Positions 1 through 12,116 of a stretch of DNA of 64,000 nt are shown here, piece by piece. Each line of letters starts with the position of its first letter. Position 1 is the first letter of the stretch. A program made the position numbers and the translations under genes. The notes beneath the pieces are model-generated. The model was not told the DNA's origin and did not search any database. It saw only the letters and a list, made by a program, of their open reading frames with translations. This DNA is from Mustelus asterias (taxonomy: Eukaryota): assembly GCF_964213995.1 (NCBI RefSeq), contig NC_135834.1, positions 17,360,001 to 17,424,000 on the forward strand. Reading direction: 5' to 3'.

Positions 1-2996
1 GTAAAAAAGGTGACAAGCATGAGAAGGAAGGTGGACAACACAGTGCAAGGAGATGGTCTGGGGAAGGGACAGAGCATGCAAACAAAGGATTGCACTAACA
101 AATCGGGTCCAACTAAGAAAGACTAACATAAAGACACTTTACCTGAATGCAAGTAGCGTTCGAAACAAAGTGAATGAGTTGACGGCACAAATCAGTACAA
201 ATGTGTATAATCTAGTGGCCATTAAAGAAACGTGGTTGCAGGGTGACCAGGACTGGGAACTAAATATCCAGGGGTATCAGACAATTCGGAAGGAGAGACA
301 GGAAGGAAATGGAGGTGGGGTAGCTCTGTTAATTAAGGATATCAGGGCAGTAGTGAGAGACGATTATAGGCTCTCAGGAGCAAAATGTGGAATCAATGTG
401 GGTGGAGATAAGGAATAGTAAGGGGAAAAAGTCACTGGTGGGTGTAGTCTATAGGCCCCCAAATAATAACTTCAAGGTGGGGCGGGCTATAAACAAATAA
501 ATAACAGATGCATGTAAAAATGGAACAGTAATAATCACGGGGGATTTTAACCTCCATATTGATTGGTCAACTCAAGTCGGATGCGGTGCACTTGAGGAAG
601 AGTTCTTAGAGTGCTGTCAGAACCTACGAGGGAGCAAGCCATCTTGGATCTGGTCCTTTGTAATGAGACAGGTAAAATTAATGATCTCCTTGTGAGGGAT
701 CCTCTTGGAATGAGTGATCACAATATGGTTCAATTTCTAATACAGATGGAGGGTGAGAAAGTAGGGTCCCAAACCAGTGTCCTCTGCTTGAACAAGGGGG
801 ATTACAATAGGATGAGGGCGGAGTTGGCTAATGTAGACTGGGAACACAGACTAATTGGTGAGACCGTTGAGGAACAGTGGAGGATTTTAAAGGAGATTTT
901 TCTCAGTACTCAGCAAAAATATATTCCAGTGAAAAAGAAGGAATGTAAGAAAAGGGATAGCCAGCCGTGGATAACTAAGGAAATAAAGGAGAGTATCAAA
1001 TTAAAAATCAATGCATACAGAGTGGCCTAAATTAGTGGGGAACTAGAAGATTGGGAAGGATTTAAAAAACAATAAAGAACTACTAAGCAAGCAATAAAGA
1101 AAGGCAAGATAGATTATGAAAGTAAACGAGCACAAAATATAAAAACTGATAGTAAAAGTTTTTACAAATATGTAAAACAGAAAAGAGTGGCAAAACTAAA
1201 TGTTGGTCCCTCAGGAGATGAGAAGGGGGATTTAATAATAGGAAACGAGGAAATGGCCGAGGCCTTAGACAAGTTTTTTGTGTTGGTCTTCACAGTGGAG
1301 GACACAAATAGCTTACCAATAATTGACGGTCATGGGATTGCAGGGGGTGAGGACCTTAAAACGATCACTATTAATAAAGAGGTAGTGCTGGGTAGGCTCA
1401 TGGGACTAAAGGTCGACATGTCCCCTGGTCCGGATGGAATGCATCCCAGGGTACTAAAAGAAACGGCAGAAGAAATAGCAAATGCATTAGTTGTAATTTA
1501 TCAAAAATCACTGGACTCTGGGGAGGTGCCAGCTGATTGTAAAACACCGAATGTAACGCCACTGTTTAAAAAAGGAGGTAGACAAAAGCCAGGTAACAAC
1601 AGGCCGGTTAGCTTCACATCCGTAGTTAGGAAAATGCTGTAGTCTATCATTAAGGAAGAAATAGCAGGACACCTGGAAAAGAATGGGTCAATCAAGCAGA
1701 TGCAGCATGGATTCATGAAGGGAAAGTCGAGCTTGACTAATTTACTGGAATTTTTTGAGGATATAACGAGTGCGGTTGACAGAGGGGAACTGATGGATGT
1801 GGTGTATTTAGATTTCCAGAAGACATTCGATAAAGTGCCTCACAAAAGGTTGCTGCATAAGGTACACGGAGTTGGGGGTAAAATGTTAGCGTGGATTGAG
1901 GATTGGCTATCTAACAGAAAGCAGAGAGTCGGAATAAATGGGTGCTTTTCCGGTTGGCAATCAGTGACTAGTGGCGTGCCGCAGGGATCGGTGCTGGGGC
2001 CTCAACTATTTACCATATACAAAGACGATCTGGAGGAGGGGACCGAGTGTAGGGTAACAAAGTTTGCGGATGACACAAAGATGAGTGGGAAAGCAAATTG
2101 CGTGGAGGACACAGAGTCTGCAGAGAGATTTGGATAGGCTAAGTGAGTGGGCAAGGATCTGGCAGATGGAGTATAACGTTCGTCAGTGTGAGGTTATCCA
2201 CTTTGGAAGGAATAATAGTAAAATGGACTGTTATTTAAACGGTGAAAAATTACAACATGCTACTGTGCAGAGGGACCTGGGGGTCCTTGTGCGTGAATCA
2301 CAAAAACTCAGTTTGCAGGTGCAGCAGGTAATCAAGAAGGCAAATGGAAAGTTGGCCTTTATCGCGAGAGGGATGGAGTATAAAAGCAGGGAGGTCATGC
2401 TGCAACTGTACAGGGTACTGGTGAGGCCGCACTTAGAGTACTGTGTACAATTTTGGTCCCCTTATTTAAGGAAGGATATATTAGCTTTGGAGGGGGTATA
2501 GAGAAGGTTCACCAGGTTGATTCCAGTGATGAGGGGGTTAGCTTATGAGGAGAGATTGAGTCGACTGGGCCTGTGCTCATTGGAGTTTAGAAGGCTGAGG
2601 GGAGATCTTATAGAGACATATAAGATAATGAAGGGGCTAGACAGGGGAGAAGCAGCGAGGTTATTTCCACTTACAATGGAAACAAGAACTAGGGGGCACA
2701 ACCTCAAAATACGAGGGAGTCAATTTAGAACAGAGTTGAGGAGGAACTTCTTCTCCCAGGGGGTAGTGAATCTTTGGAACTCTCTGCCCAATGAAGCAGT
2801 AGAGGCTACCTCGCTAAATGTGTTTAAGTCACAGATAGAGAGATTTTTAACCATTAAGGGAATTAAGGGTTATGGGGAGCGGGCGGGTAAGTGGAACTGA
2901 ACCCACTATCAGATCAGCCATGATCTTATTGAATGGCGGAGCAGGTTTGAGGGCCTAGATAGCCTACTCCTGCTCCTATTTCTTATGTTCTTATGT
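1..2996 (+). mobile_element. CR1-clade LINE (HER1-like), ORF2 disrupted, runs off the 5' edge of the window
   Basis: Consecutive ORF fragments give APE endonuclease (YLNA..RNK, ETWL) and RT motifs (QHGF, YLDF.K.FD, GVPQGSVLGP, KFADD, RPHLEYC); 3' tail ttcttatgttcttatgt at about 2980-2996. Confidence 0.95.
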
Positions 2997-3236
2997 AACT
3001 CCAACCAACCCCACTCCTCCCACCATTAACTCCGACTCCCCACCTTTCACCATCCACCCAACTAATCCCCCAAACTCCCACCATCCAAACCAAATCACAC
3101 CTCCCACCATCTACCCCAACTCCTCCCCCAAACCCCCACCATCCCACTCAACACCACAGCTCGCACCATCCGCTCCAACTCCCCACTCTTCACCATCCAC
3201 CCATCCAAAACCTCCACTGCCACGCCCATCCCCAAC
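2997..3236. repeat. C/A-rich low-complexity tract with degenerate ccaccatcc units
   Basis: Repeated ctcccaccatcc-like words, almost no G. Confidence 0.75.
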
Positions 3237-3423
3237 ACGTTCCTGGTGACTTCACACTTGGAAACTTTAAGCTGACTATTCCGGCCTCAACTTTTAATGA
3301 CAAAGGTTTTCCAATGGAAAGATTATGTCCCATTATCATGCAGCAAATGCAATTTCACTTTGAAGGCAGCGTTTTCAGAATGGAAATGTTGTACTCTTCC
3401 TTTCAACAATTTGTGCATTCAAA

Positions 3424-3961
3424 AAACAAATAATAAAGAAAACTACATCACAGGAACAGATCCTTCGGCCCTCCAAGCCTGCACCGACCATGCTGGCCAT
3501 CTGAACTCAACCCTTCCGGGGACCATATCCCTCCAATACCAATGTATTTGTCAAGACGCCTCTTAAAACTCACTATCATATCTGCTTCCACTACCTCCCT
3601 GGCAGCAAGTTCCAGGCACCCACCACCCTGTGTAAAAAACGTGCCTCGTGCATCTCCTTTAAACCTTGCCCCTCACACCTTAAACCTATGTGCCCTCGTA
3701 ATTGACTCTTCCACACTGGGAAAAAGCTTCCGACTATCCAATGTCCACCATACTCTTGTGGACTTCTATCAGGTCGCCTGTCAACCTTCATCGTTCCAGT
3801 GGGAACAAACTAAGTTTCGCCAACCTCTCCTCATAACTAAATGCCCTCCATACCAGGCAACATCCTGGTAAATCTTGTGTACCCTCCCTAAAGCCTCCGC
3901 ATCATTCTGATAGTGTGGTGACCAGAATAGAACACTATATTCCAAGTGTGGCCTAACTAAG
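3424..3961 (-). mobile_element. CR1 3' fragment; first half of an element split by the 3962-8090 insertion
   Basis: Antisense RT C-terminal motifs (FLHRVVGAWN); sequence resumes at 8086 in register (…cctaactaag / gttctctaaagctgcaacatg…). Confidence 0.85.
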
Positions 3962-4172
3962 AGTCTGGGAAGGGTTTTTTAAGCGCGCGAAGAATACAAC
4001 ATAGGCTGCAGTATACAGTGGGCAGCATCGGGAGTGGGCAGCGGAGTGTGTGGGAAGCAGAGTGAGCTATAAGGGCTTTGGCTCACAGGGCTTAGGCAGA
4101 AAGGGCGAGGCAGGGGTGAGTTTAATTCATTTTTGCTGTTTCTACCTGGTACTGGCAAGGTATCTAGAGGGG

Positions 4173-5099
4173 ATGGGTGTGCAGGCAGTGCTATGTTCCT
4201 CTTGCACTATGTTTGAGGTGAGGGACGACGACAGTGTCCCTGCTGATTACATCTGTGGGAAGTGCACCCATCTGCAGCTCCTCCAAAACCGTGTTAGGGA
4301 ACTGGAGCTGGAGTTGGATGAACTTAGGATCATTAGGGACGCAGAGGTGGCCATAGACAGAAGCTTTAGGGATACAGTTACTCCGAGGAATGAAAACAGA
4401 TGGGTGACGGTGAGAGGGGCTGGGAGGAAGCAGTCCGTGCAGGGATCCCCGGTGGTCGTTCCCCTTAGCAACAAGTATTCCGCTTTGGATACGGTTGAGG
4501 GGGATGACATACCAGTGGTGAGCCGCAGTGAGAGGATCTCCAGCACTGTGTCCGTCTCTGTGGCTCGGGAGGGTAAGGGGCAGAGCGGGAGGGCAATAGT
4601 TATTGGGGACTCGTTAGTTAGAGGGATAGATAGGAGGTTCTGTGGCAGCAAAAGAGACTCACAGATGGTATGTTGCCTACCGGATGCCAAGGTCCGTGAC
4701 GTCTCGGACGGTGTTTTCCGGATTCTGAAGGGGGAGGGGAAACAGTCACAAGTCGTGGTACACATTGGTACCAACGACATATGTAAGAGAAGGGACGGGG
4801 ATTTAAAGCAGGAATTTCGGGAGATGGGCTGGAAGCTGAGAGCCAAGACAAAACATGTGGTCATCTCTGGGAAGTTGCCGGTGCCACGTGATAGCGAGTT
4901 GAGGAACAGGGAGAGAGTGCAGTTAAACATGTGGTTGCAAGGATGGTGTAGGAGGGAGGGTTTCAGATACGTGGATAATTGGAACACATTCTGGGGAAGG
5001 TGGGACCTGTACAAACACGACGGGGTGCACCTGAACCAGAGGGGCACCAATATCCTAGGAGGGAAATTTGCTACGGCTCTTCAGGGGGGTTTAAACTAA
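4173..5099 (+). CDS. CR1 ORF1p: CxxC…CxxC zinc finger, coiled coil and SGNH/GDSL esterase
   Basis: CSSC…CGKC, RVRELELELDEL, IVIGDSLVRG, VHIGTND, DGVHL; first in-frame ATG at 4173. Confidence 0.9.
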   Translation: MGVQAVLCSSCTMFEVRDDDSVPADYICGKCTHLQLLQNRVRELELELDELRIIRDAEVAIDRSFRDTVTPRNENRWVTVRGAGRKQSVQGSPVVVPLSNKYSALDTVEGDDIPVVSRSERISSTVSVSVAREGKGQSGRAIVIGDSLVRGIDRRFCGSKRDSQMVCCLPDAKVRDVSDGVFRILKGEGKQSQVVVHIGTNDICKRRDGDLKQEFREMGWKLRAKTKHVVISGKLPVPRDSELRNRERVQLNMWLQGWCRREGFRYVDNWNTFWGRWDLYKHDGVHLNQRGTNILGGKFATALQGGLN

Positions 5100-5199
5100 T
5101 TTGTCAGGGGAGTGGGAAAAGGTTTTGTAGTCCAGAGGTCAGGAGGGTGGTGAGGTATTGGGGAAGGTATCAGGGTCAAGGGTGGGTACCGGTCGACAG

Positions 5200-7990
5200 G
5201 AAGGTGGGTTGAAGTGTGTCTACTTCAATGCAAGGAGCATCCGGAACAAGGTAGATGAACTTGGGGCGTGGATTGGTACTTGGGACTACGATGTTGTGGC
5301 CATTACGGAGACGTGGGTAGAACAAGGACAGGAATGTTGTTGGACGTTCCGGGGTATAGATGTTTCACTAAGTGTAGGGAAGCTGGTAAAAGAGGTGGAG
5401 GAGTGGCACTGTTAATCAAGGATAGTTTAACGGCTGCGGAAAGGCACTTCGAGGGGGATCTGCACACTGAGGTAATATGGGCTGAGGTTAGAAATAGGAA
5501 AGGAGCGGTCACGTTGTTAGGAGTTTACTATAGGCCCCCAAATAGTAATAGAGATGTGGAGGAAGAAATTGCTAAGCAGATTATGGATATGTGTGGGGGT
5601 CGCAGCGTAGTTGTCATGGGGGACTTTAACTTTCCAAATATTGATTGGAACCTTTGTAGGTCAAATAGTTCGGATGGGCAGTTTTTGTGCAGTGTGTGCA
5701 GGAGGGTTTCCTGACACAATATGTGGATAGGCCGACAAGAGGTGAGGCCACATTGGATTTGGTACTGGGAAATGAACCGGGCCAAGTGTTAGATTTGGTT
5801 GTGGGAGAGCACTTTGGAGATAGTGACCACAATTCGGTGTCTTTTGTTATTGCAATGGAGAGGGATAGGGCCGTACGGCAGGGCAAGGTTTACAATTGGG
5901 GGAGAGGTAATTGTGATGCGATTAGGCAAGAATTAGGGGGCATAAGTTGGGAACAGAAACTGTCAGGGAAAGGAACTAATGAAAAGTGGAACTTTTTCAA
6001 GAAACAAATACTGGATGTCCTTGATAGGTATGTCCCTGTCAGGCAGGGAGGAAATGGCCGAGTGAGGGAACCATGGTTCACGAAGGAGGTGGAATGTCTT
6101 GTGAAAAGGAAGAGGGAAGCTTATGTAGGGATGAGGAAACAAGGTTCAGATGGCTCGATTGAGGGTTACAAGTTAGCAAGGAATGAACTGAAAAAGGGGC
6201 TTACGAGAGCTAGGAGGGGACACGAGAAGTCCTTGGCGGGTCGGATCAAGGAAATCCCCAAGGCTTTTTCCTCTTATGTGAGGAATAAAAGAATGACCAG
6301 GGTGAGGTTAGGGCCGGTCAAGGACAGTAGTGGGAACTTGTGTATGGAGTCAGTAGAGATAGGCGAGGTGATGAATGAATACTTTTCTTCAGTGTTCACC
6401 AAGGAGAGGGGCCATGTTTTTGAGGAAGAGAAGGTGCTACAGGCTAATAGGCTGGAGGAAATAGATGTTCGGAGGGAGGATGTCCTGGCAGTTTTGAATA
6501 AACTGAAGGTCGATAAGTCCCCTGGGCCTGATGAAATATATCCTAGGATGCTTTGGGAGGCAAGGGATGAGATTGCAGAGCCTTTGGCTTTGATCTTTGG
6601 GTCCTCGCTGTCCACGGGGATGGTGCCAGAGGACTGGAGAATGGCAAATGTTGTTCCTCTGTTTAAGAAAGGGAATAGAAATGACCCTGGTAATTATAGA
6701 CCGGTTAGTCTTACTTCGGTTGTTGGTAAATTGATGGAAAAGGTCCTTAGGGATGGGATGTACGACCATTTAGAAAGATGCAGATTAATCCGGGATAGTC
6801 AGCACGGATTCATGAAGGGCAAGTCGTGCCTCACAAATTTGATTGTATTTTTTGAGGAGGTAACTAAGTGTGTTGATGAAGGTAGGGCAGTTGATGTCAT
6901 ATACATGGATTTTAGTAAGGCGTTTGATAAGGTCCCCCATGGTCGGCTTATGATGAAAGTGAGGAGGTGTGGGATCGAGGGAAAGTTGGCCGATTGGATA
7001 GGTAACTGGCTGTCTGATCGAAGACAGAGGGTGGTGGTCGATGGAAAATTTTCGGATTGGAGGCAGGTTGCTAGCAGAGTGCCACAGGGATCAGTGCTTG
7101 GTCCTCTGCTCTTTGTGATTTTTATTAATGACTTAGAGGAGGGGGCTGAAGGGTGGATCAGTAAATTTGCTGATGACACCAAGATTGGTGGAGTAGTGGA
7201 TGAGGTGGAGGGCTGTTGTAGACTGCTAAGAGACATAGATAGGATGCAAAGCTGGGCTGAAAAATGGCAAATGGAGTTTAACCCTGATAAATGTGAGGTG
7301 ATTCATTTTGGTCGGACTAATTTAACTGTGGATTACAGGGTCAAAGGTAGGGTTCTGAAGACTGTGGAGGAACAGAGAGATCTTGGGGTCCATATCCACA
7401 GATCTCTAAAGGTTGCCACTCAAGTGGATAGAGCTGTGAAGAAAGCCTTTGGTGTGTTAGCTTTTATTAACAGGGGGTTGGAGTTTAAGTGCCGTGGGGT
7501 TATGCTGCAACTGTACAGGACCCTGGTGAGACCACATTTGGAATATTGTGTGCAGTTCTGGTCACCTCACTATAAGAAGGATGTGGAAGCGCTGGAAAGA
7601 GTGCAGAGGAGATTTGCCAGGATGCTGCCTGGTTTGGAGGGTAGGTCTTATGAGGAAAGGTTGAGGGAGCTCGGGCTGTTCTCTCTGGAGCGGAGGAGGC
7701 TGAGGGGAGACTTAATCGAGGTTTATAAAATGATGAAGGGGATAGATAGAGTGAACGTTCAAAGACTATTTCCTCGGGTGGATGGAGCTATTACAAGGGG
7801 GCATAACTATAGGGTTCGTGGTGGGAGATATAGGAAGGATAACAGAGGTAGGTTCTTTACGCAGAGAGTGGTTTGGGTGTGGAATGGACTGCCTGCAGTG
7901 ATAGTGGAGTCAGACACTTTAGGAACATTTAAACGGTTATTGGATAGGCATATGGAGCACACCAGGATGATAGGGAGTGGGATAGCTTGA
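5200..7990 (+). pseudogene. CR1 ORF2p (APE endonuclease plus reverse transcriptase) with frameshifts near 5335 and 5680
   Basis: YFNARSIRNK, AITETW, YYRPP, MGDFN, GDSDH, then uninterrupted RT with KFADD and RPHLEYC. Confidence 0.9.
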
Positions 7991-8085
7991 TCTTGGTTTC
8001 AGATAAAGCTTGGCACAACATCGTGGGCCGAAGGGCCTGTTCTGTGCTGTACTGTTCAATGATTTCTATGATTTCTATGTTCTAT

Positions 8086-8728
8086 GTTCTCTAAAGCTGC
8101 AACATGTCTTAGCAATTTTTAAACTCAATGCCCCAGTCGATGAAGGCAAGCATGCCATCTGCCTTCTTGACTTCCTTCTCCACCTGCATTGCCACTTAGT
8201 GGCCTGTGTACCCGTACACCCAGATCCCTCTGCCTATCAATACTCTTTAGGGTTCTGCCATTTACTGTATATTTCCCATGTGTATTTGACCTTCCGAAAT
8301 GCATTACCTCACATTTGCCTGAATTAAACTCCGTGTCCCATCAGTCCACCCAAGATTCCAACCGATCTATATCCCGCTGTATCCTCTGACAGTCCTCATC
8401 GCTATCCGCAATTCCACCAACCTTTGTGTCATCTGCAAACTTACTCATCAAACCAGTTACATTTTCCTCCAAATCATTTATATATCATGGTCCCGGCACC
8501 AGTCCCGTAGGAATACCGTGAGACAAAGCCCTATATTCAGAAATGCACCCTTCCAATGCTATCCTCTATGACTAAGCCAGTTCTGTATCCATCTCGCCAG
8601 CTCACCTCTGATCCCGTGCAACTTCACCTTCTGTACCGGTCTGCCATGAGGGACCTTGTCTAAAGGCCTTACTGGAGTCCATGTAGACAACATCCACTGC
8701 CCTACCCTCATCAATCATCTTCATCACT
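8086..8728 (-). mobile_element. CR1 fragment; second half of the element begun at 3424
   Basis: Antisense RT sequence through the VDVVYMD motif at about 8680-8700. Confidence 0.85.
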
Positions 8729-9254
8729 GCATTCAGCAATGCTTCTTGTACAACTTGCTAATAACTGAGATAAGTGGCCAGTAAATCATTCTGAAACGCC
8801 CATGGAATTTGCAATATGTGATACAAGTCAAAGTGATTCAGGGCACTAAATGTCTGAGAGTGGAAAATTAAGATAAACAAATACACTTTTAATATACCCA
8901 GACCAGAATACAGGCAGGATTGGACTGGATTTGTGAAGGGACCACGAACAAAGATGGTTGAATTATGGAAAACTGAGAGAAAGAGTCATATCGGCCCAAT
9001 TATAATTGAATAATATTTACCGAAGTATGTGATAAAAAGACAACTCATTAAAGCATTGAAAATAGAATGCAATTAAATAACTAGTTGTAAACATTCAATT
9101 GTATCAGTAGGAATGCAACTGGTAAATTCACAACCCTCGGGCAATATTGCCCTTTGAATTCCAGTTTTAAAGATATGGTGGCCGGTGCTTTCATTTAACC
9201 TAAAACAAATCTCCTCAGACATGTTTCACTATCGTGCGGTTAAAGTGATCTAAT

Positions 9255-9271
9255 GGCTCCCTCTGCTGGCG
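9255..9271 (-). promoter_or_regulatory. Candidate CTCF site
   Basis: Minus strand reads cgCCAGCAGAGGGAGCc, one mismatch from the CCASYAGRKGGCRS core. Confidence 0.45.
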
Positions 9272-10225
9272 ACTCACAGCTGTGAGTCTCAGTCACTCAA
9301 TGTCTGCGCTTGTGAACGGGTTGCTGACGTGTGAATATTGAACCATATTGCCAGGAGTTTAAGCTTGCAGCAGGAGTTCAGCTGGTGCACTTGCCCTTTT
9401 TATTAGCAGGCACTGTACATGAACTCTGCTCCTCATTCAGCATGTGAAATACTACCTGGAGATTGAAGTTGGGATTATATTAGACTGTACATTCGGTGCA
9501 GTTATCAGACACGAATCCCATTTGGAATGGGAGTGGGTAAACCTTTCTGCACTCTGTAATTCCTCTGCCAGACAATGCAATGCTTATTCTTACACAGTGG
9601 ACCTTGCGAAAAAAAATTTTTTTAAGTTTTCCGAGATAATTGCCTCAATTTCACACATTCTTTGAATATTGAAAACACAAACAAATTATGGCAAAGACTT
9701 AATTTTTTTAATCTTTACATTCTTTACTCATATTGTATCCATGCTGAAGCAGAAAAGAGCTGTACAAATCGTTCCCATTTTTCAGCTCTTGGTCCACAAT
9801 TTTACAGGTTACGGTGATACAGCGTGAAGGGGGTTCGTAGCCACACTAATGATCACATCCAGTAAAAAAGTGTTAAAATATGCAGTTTAGCAAACATATT
9901 CTGCACACCGCTGCAAAAGAGGACATAAGGGCACAAATCTGTGGGCTGCTATTTCTCAGGCAGAAACATCACAGATGTTAACCTTCACAGATTGTAAACC
10001 AACATGAAGCTGCTTGTAGAACTAAATGATGTAAAGATAACACAGGGAGATGACATGGTTGACGGCCGGAACACAGGGGTCTGGGTATCTATAGAGGTCT
10101 CCCTAACCTGAGAGTTTTCATCAACAGAAGGAATCATTGGCATGACACATTTCTCCCTGGAACTACCCATGTTCATAGCCAAGGGCTTGTTCTCCATCTG
10201 TTTTAGCTTTGCCTATTCCAGCTCT

Positions 10226-10284
10226 GATGAAATATCATTTAGCTGGAATATTAACTCTGTTTCTCGCTCCACAGACGCTGCCAA
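10226..10284 (+). mobile_element. Degenerate Penelope-type terminal repeat fragment
   Basis: tccagctctgatgaa…ttaactctgtttctcgctccacagacgctgcc resembles a common shark Penelope end; hammerhead core decayed. Confidence 0.45.
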
Positions 10285-10552
10285 TATGGTTTCACTCATA
10301 GAAACATGGAAATTAGAAGCAGGAATAGGCCATTTGGCCCTGCTCCATCATTCATTTTGATCATGGCTCATCATTAAATTCAATATCCTGATTTCCCCTT
10401 CCCCCATATCCCTTGATCGCTTTGGCCCCAAGGGCTCTAACTCATTAATTCTTGAAATCAGACGTTTTGGCCTCAACTACATTCTGTCATAATTAATTCC
10501 CCACATTCACCACCCTCGGGGTGAAGAAATTTCTCCTCAACTCACTTCAAAT

Positions 10553-12116
10553 AGGTTCTGTGAAGGGGAGGTCGGGTTTTTCAAGGAAGTGACGATGATT
10601 GGTGAGGGTAGGGCAGTGGATGTTGTCTACATGGGCTTCAGTAAGGCCTTTGACAAGGTCCCTCATTGCAGACTGATACAGAGGGGAAAGTAGCACGGGA
10701 TCAGAGGTGAGCTGACAAGATGGATACCATAGAACCATAGAAAATTACAGCTCAGAAACAGGCCTTTTGGCCCTTCTTGTCTGTGCCGAACCATTTTTTG
10801 CCTAGTCCCACTGACCTGCACTTGGACCATATCCCTCCACACCCCTCTCATCCATGAACCCGTCCAAGTTTTTCTTAAATGTTAAAAGCATTTACCACTT
10901 TATCCGGCAGCTCATTCCACACTCCCACCACTCTCTGCGTGAAGAAGCCCCCCCTAATATTCCCTTTAAAGTTTTCTCCTTTCACCCTTAACCCATGCCC
11001 TCTGTTTTTTTTCTCCCCTAGCCTCAGTGGAAACTGACAGCATACAGAACTGGCTCGGTCAGAGAAGACAGAGGATAGCAGTGGAAGGGTGCATTTCTGA
11101 ATGGAGGGCTGTGACAAGTGGCATTCCTCAGGGATCAGTGCTAGGCCCTTTGCTGCTTGTAATATATTTAAATGATTTGGAGGAAAATGTAACTGGTTTG
11201 ATTAGCAACTTTGCGGATGACACAAAGGTTTGTTGAATTGCGGATAGTGATGAGTACAGTCAGAGGATACAGCAGGATATAGATTAGTTGGAGACTTGAG
11301 CGGACAGATGGGTTTGGAGTTTAAGCCGGACAAATGTGAAGTATTGCATTTTGGAAGGTCTAATACAGATGGGAAATGTACGGTAAATGGCAGAACCCTT
11401 AAGAGTATTGATAGGCAGTGGGATCTGGGTGCACAGGTCACTGAAAGTGGCAATGCAGGTGGAGAAGGTAGTCAAGAAGGCATACGGCATGCTTGCCTTC
11501 ATCGGCCAGGGCTTTGAGTTCAAAAATTGGCAAGTCATGTTGCAGTTTTATAGAACCCTAGTTAGGCCGCACTTGGAATATAGTGTTCAATTCTGGTCGC
11601 CACACTACCAGAAGGATGTGGAGGCTTTGGAGAGGGTACACAAAAGATTTACCAGGTTGTTGCCTGGTATGGAGGGCATTAGCTATAAGGAGAGGTTGGA
11701 TAAACTTGGTTTGTTCTCACTGGAACGACGTAGGCTGAGGGGGCCACTTGATAGAAGTCTACAAGATTATGAGGAGCATGGACAGAGTGGATAGTCAGAA
11801 GCTTTTTCCCAGGGTGGAAGAGTCAATTACTAGGGGGCATAGGTTTAAGGTGCGAGGGGCAAGGTTTAAAGGAGATGTACAAGGCAAGTTTTATTTTACA
11901 CAGAGGGTGGTGGGTGCCTGGAACTCGCTGCTGGGGCAGGTAGTGAAAGCAGATATGATAGTGACTTTTAAGGGGCTTCTTGACAAATACATGAATAGGA
12001 TGGAAAAAGAGGGATATGGTCCCCAGAAGAGTAGGGGGTTTTAGTTCAGTTGGGCAGCATGGTTGGTGCAGGCTTGGAGGGCCGAAGGGCCTTCCTATGT
12101 TGTACTTTTCTTTGTT
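10553..12116 (+). mobile_element. 5'-truncated CR1, itself split by a minus-strand CR1 tail at 10728-11033
   Basis: RT motifs GIPQGSVLGP, NFADD, RPHLEY; tail tgtacttttctttgtt. Confidence 0.9.
10728..11033 (-). mobile_element. Short CR1 3' end
   Basis: catagaaccatagaa tail and FFTQRVVGVWN on the minus strand. Confidence 0.85.

Larger units (their letters stand above)
3962..8090 (+). mobile_element. Full-length young CR1 LINE (5'UTR, ORF1, ORF2, ttctatg tail)
   Basis: Intact ORF1; ORF2 in three overlapping frames (5158, 5268, 5687..7990); tail tttctatgatttctatgttctatgttct. Confidence 0.95.

Noticed and set aside
4247-5050. 267-aa minus ORF and similar antisense ORFs over CR1 and ZNF sequence
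   Set aside because: Shadow frames of real coding sequence on the other strand
10226-10260. Third hammerhead (CTGATGA)
   Set aside because: Helix II and the GAAA core are degraded
9985-10360. Short ORFs on both strands
   Set aside because: No recognisable protein; overlap repeat fragments
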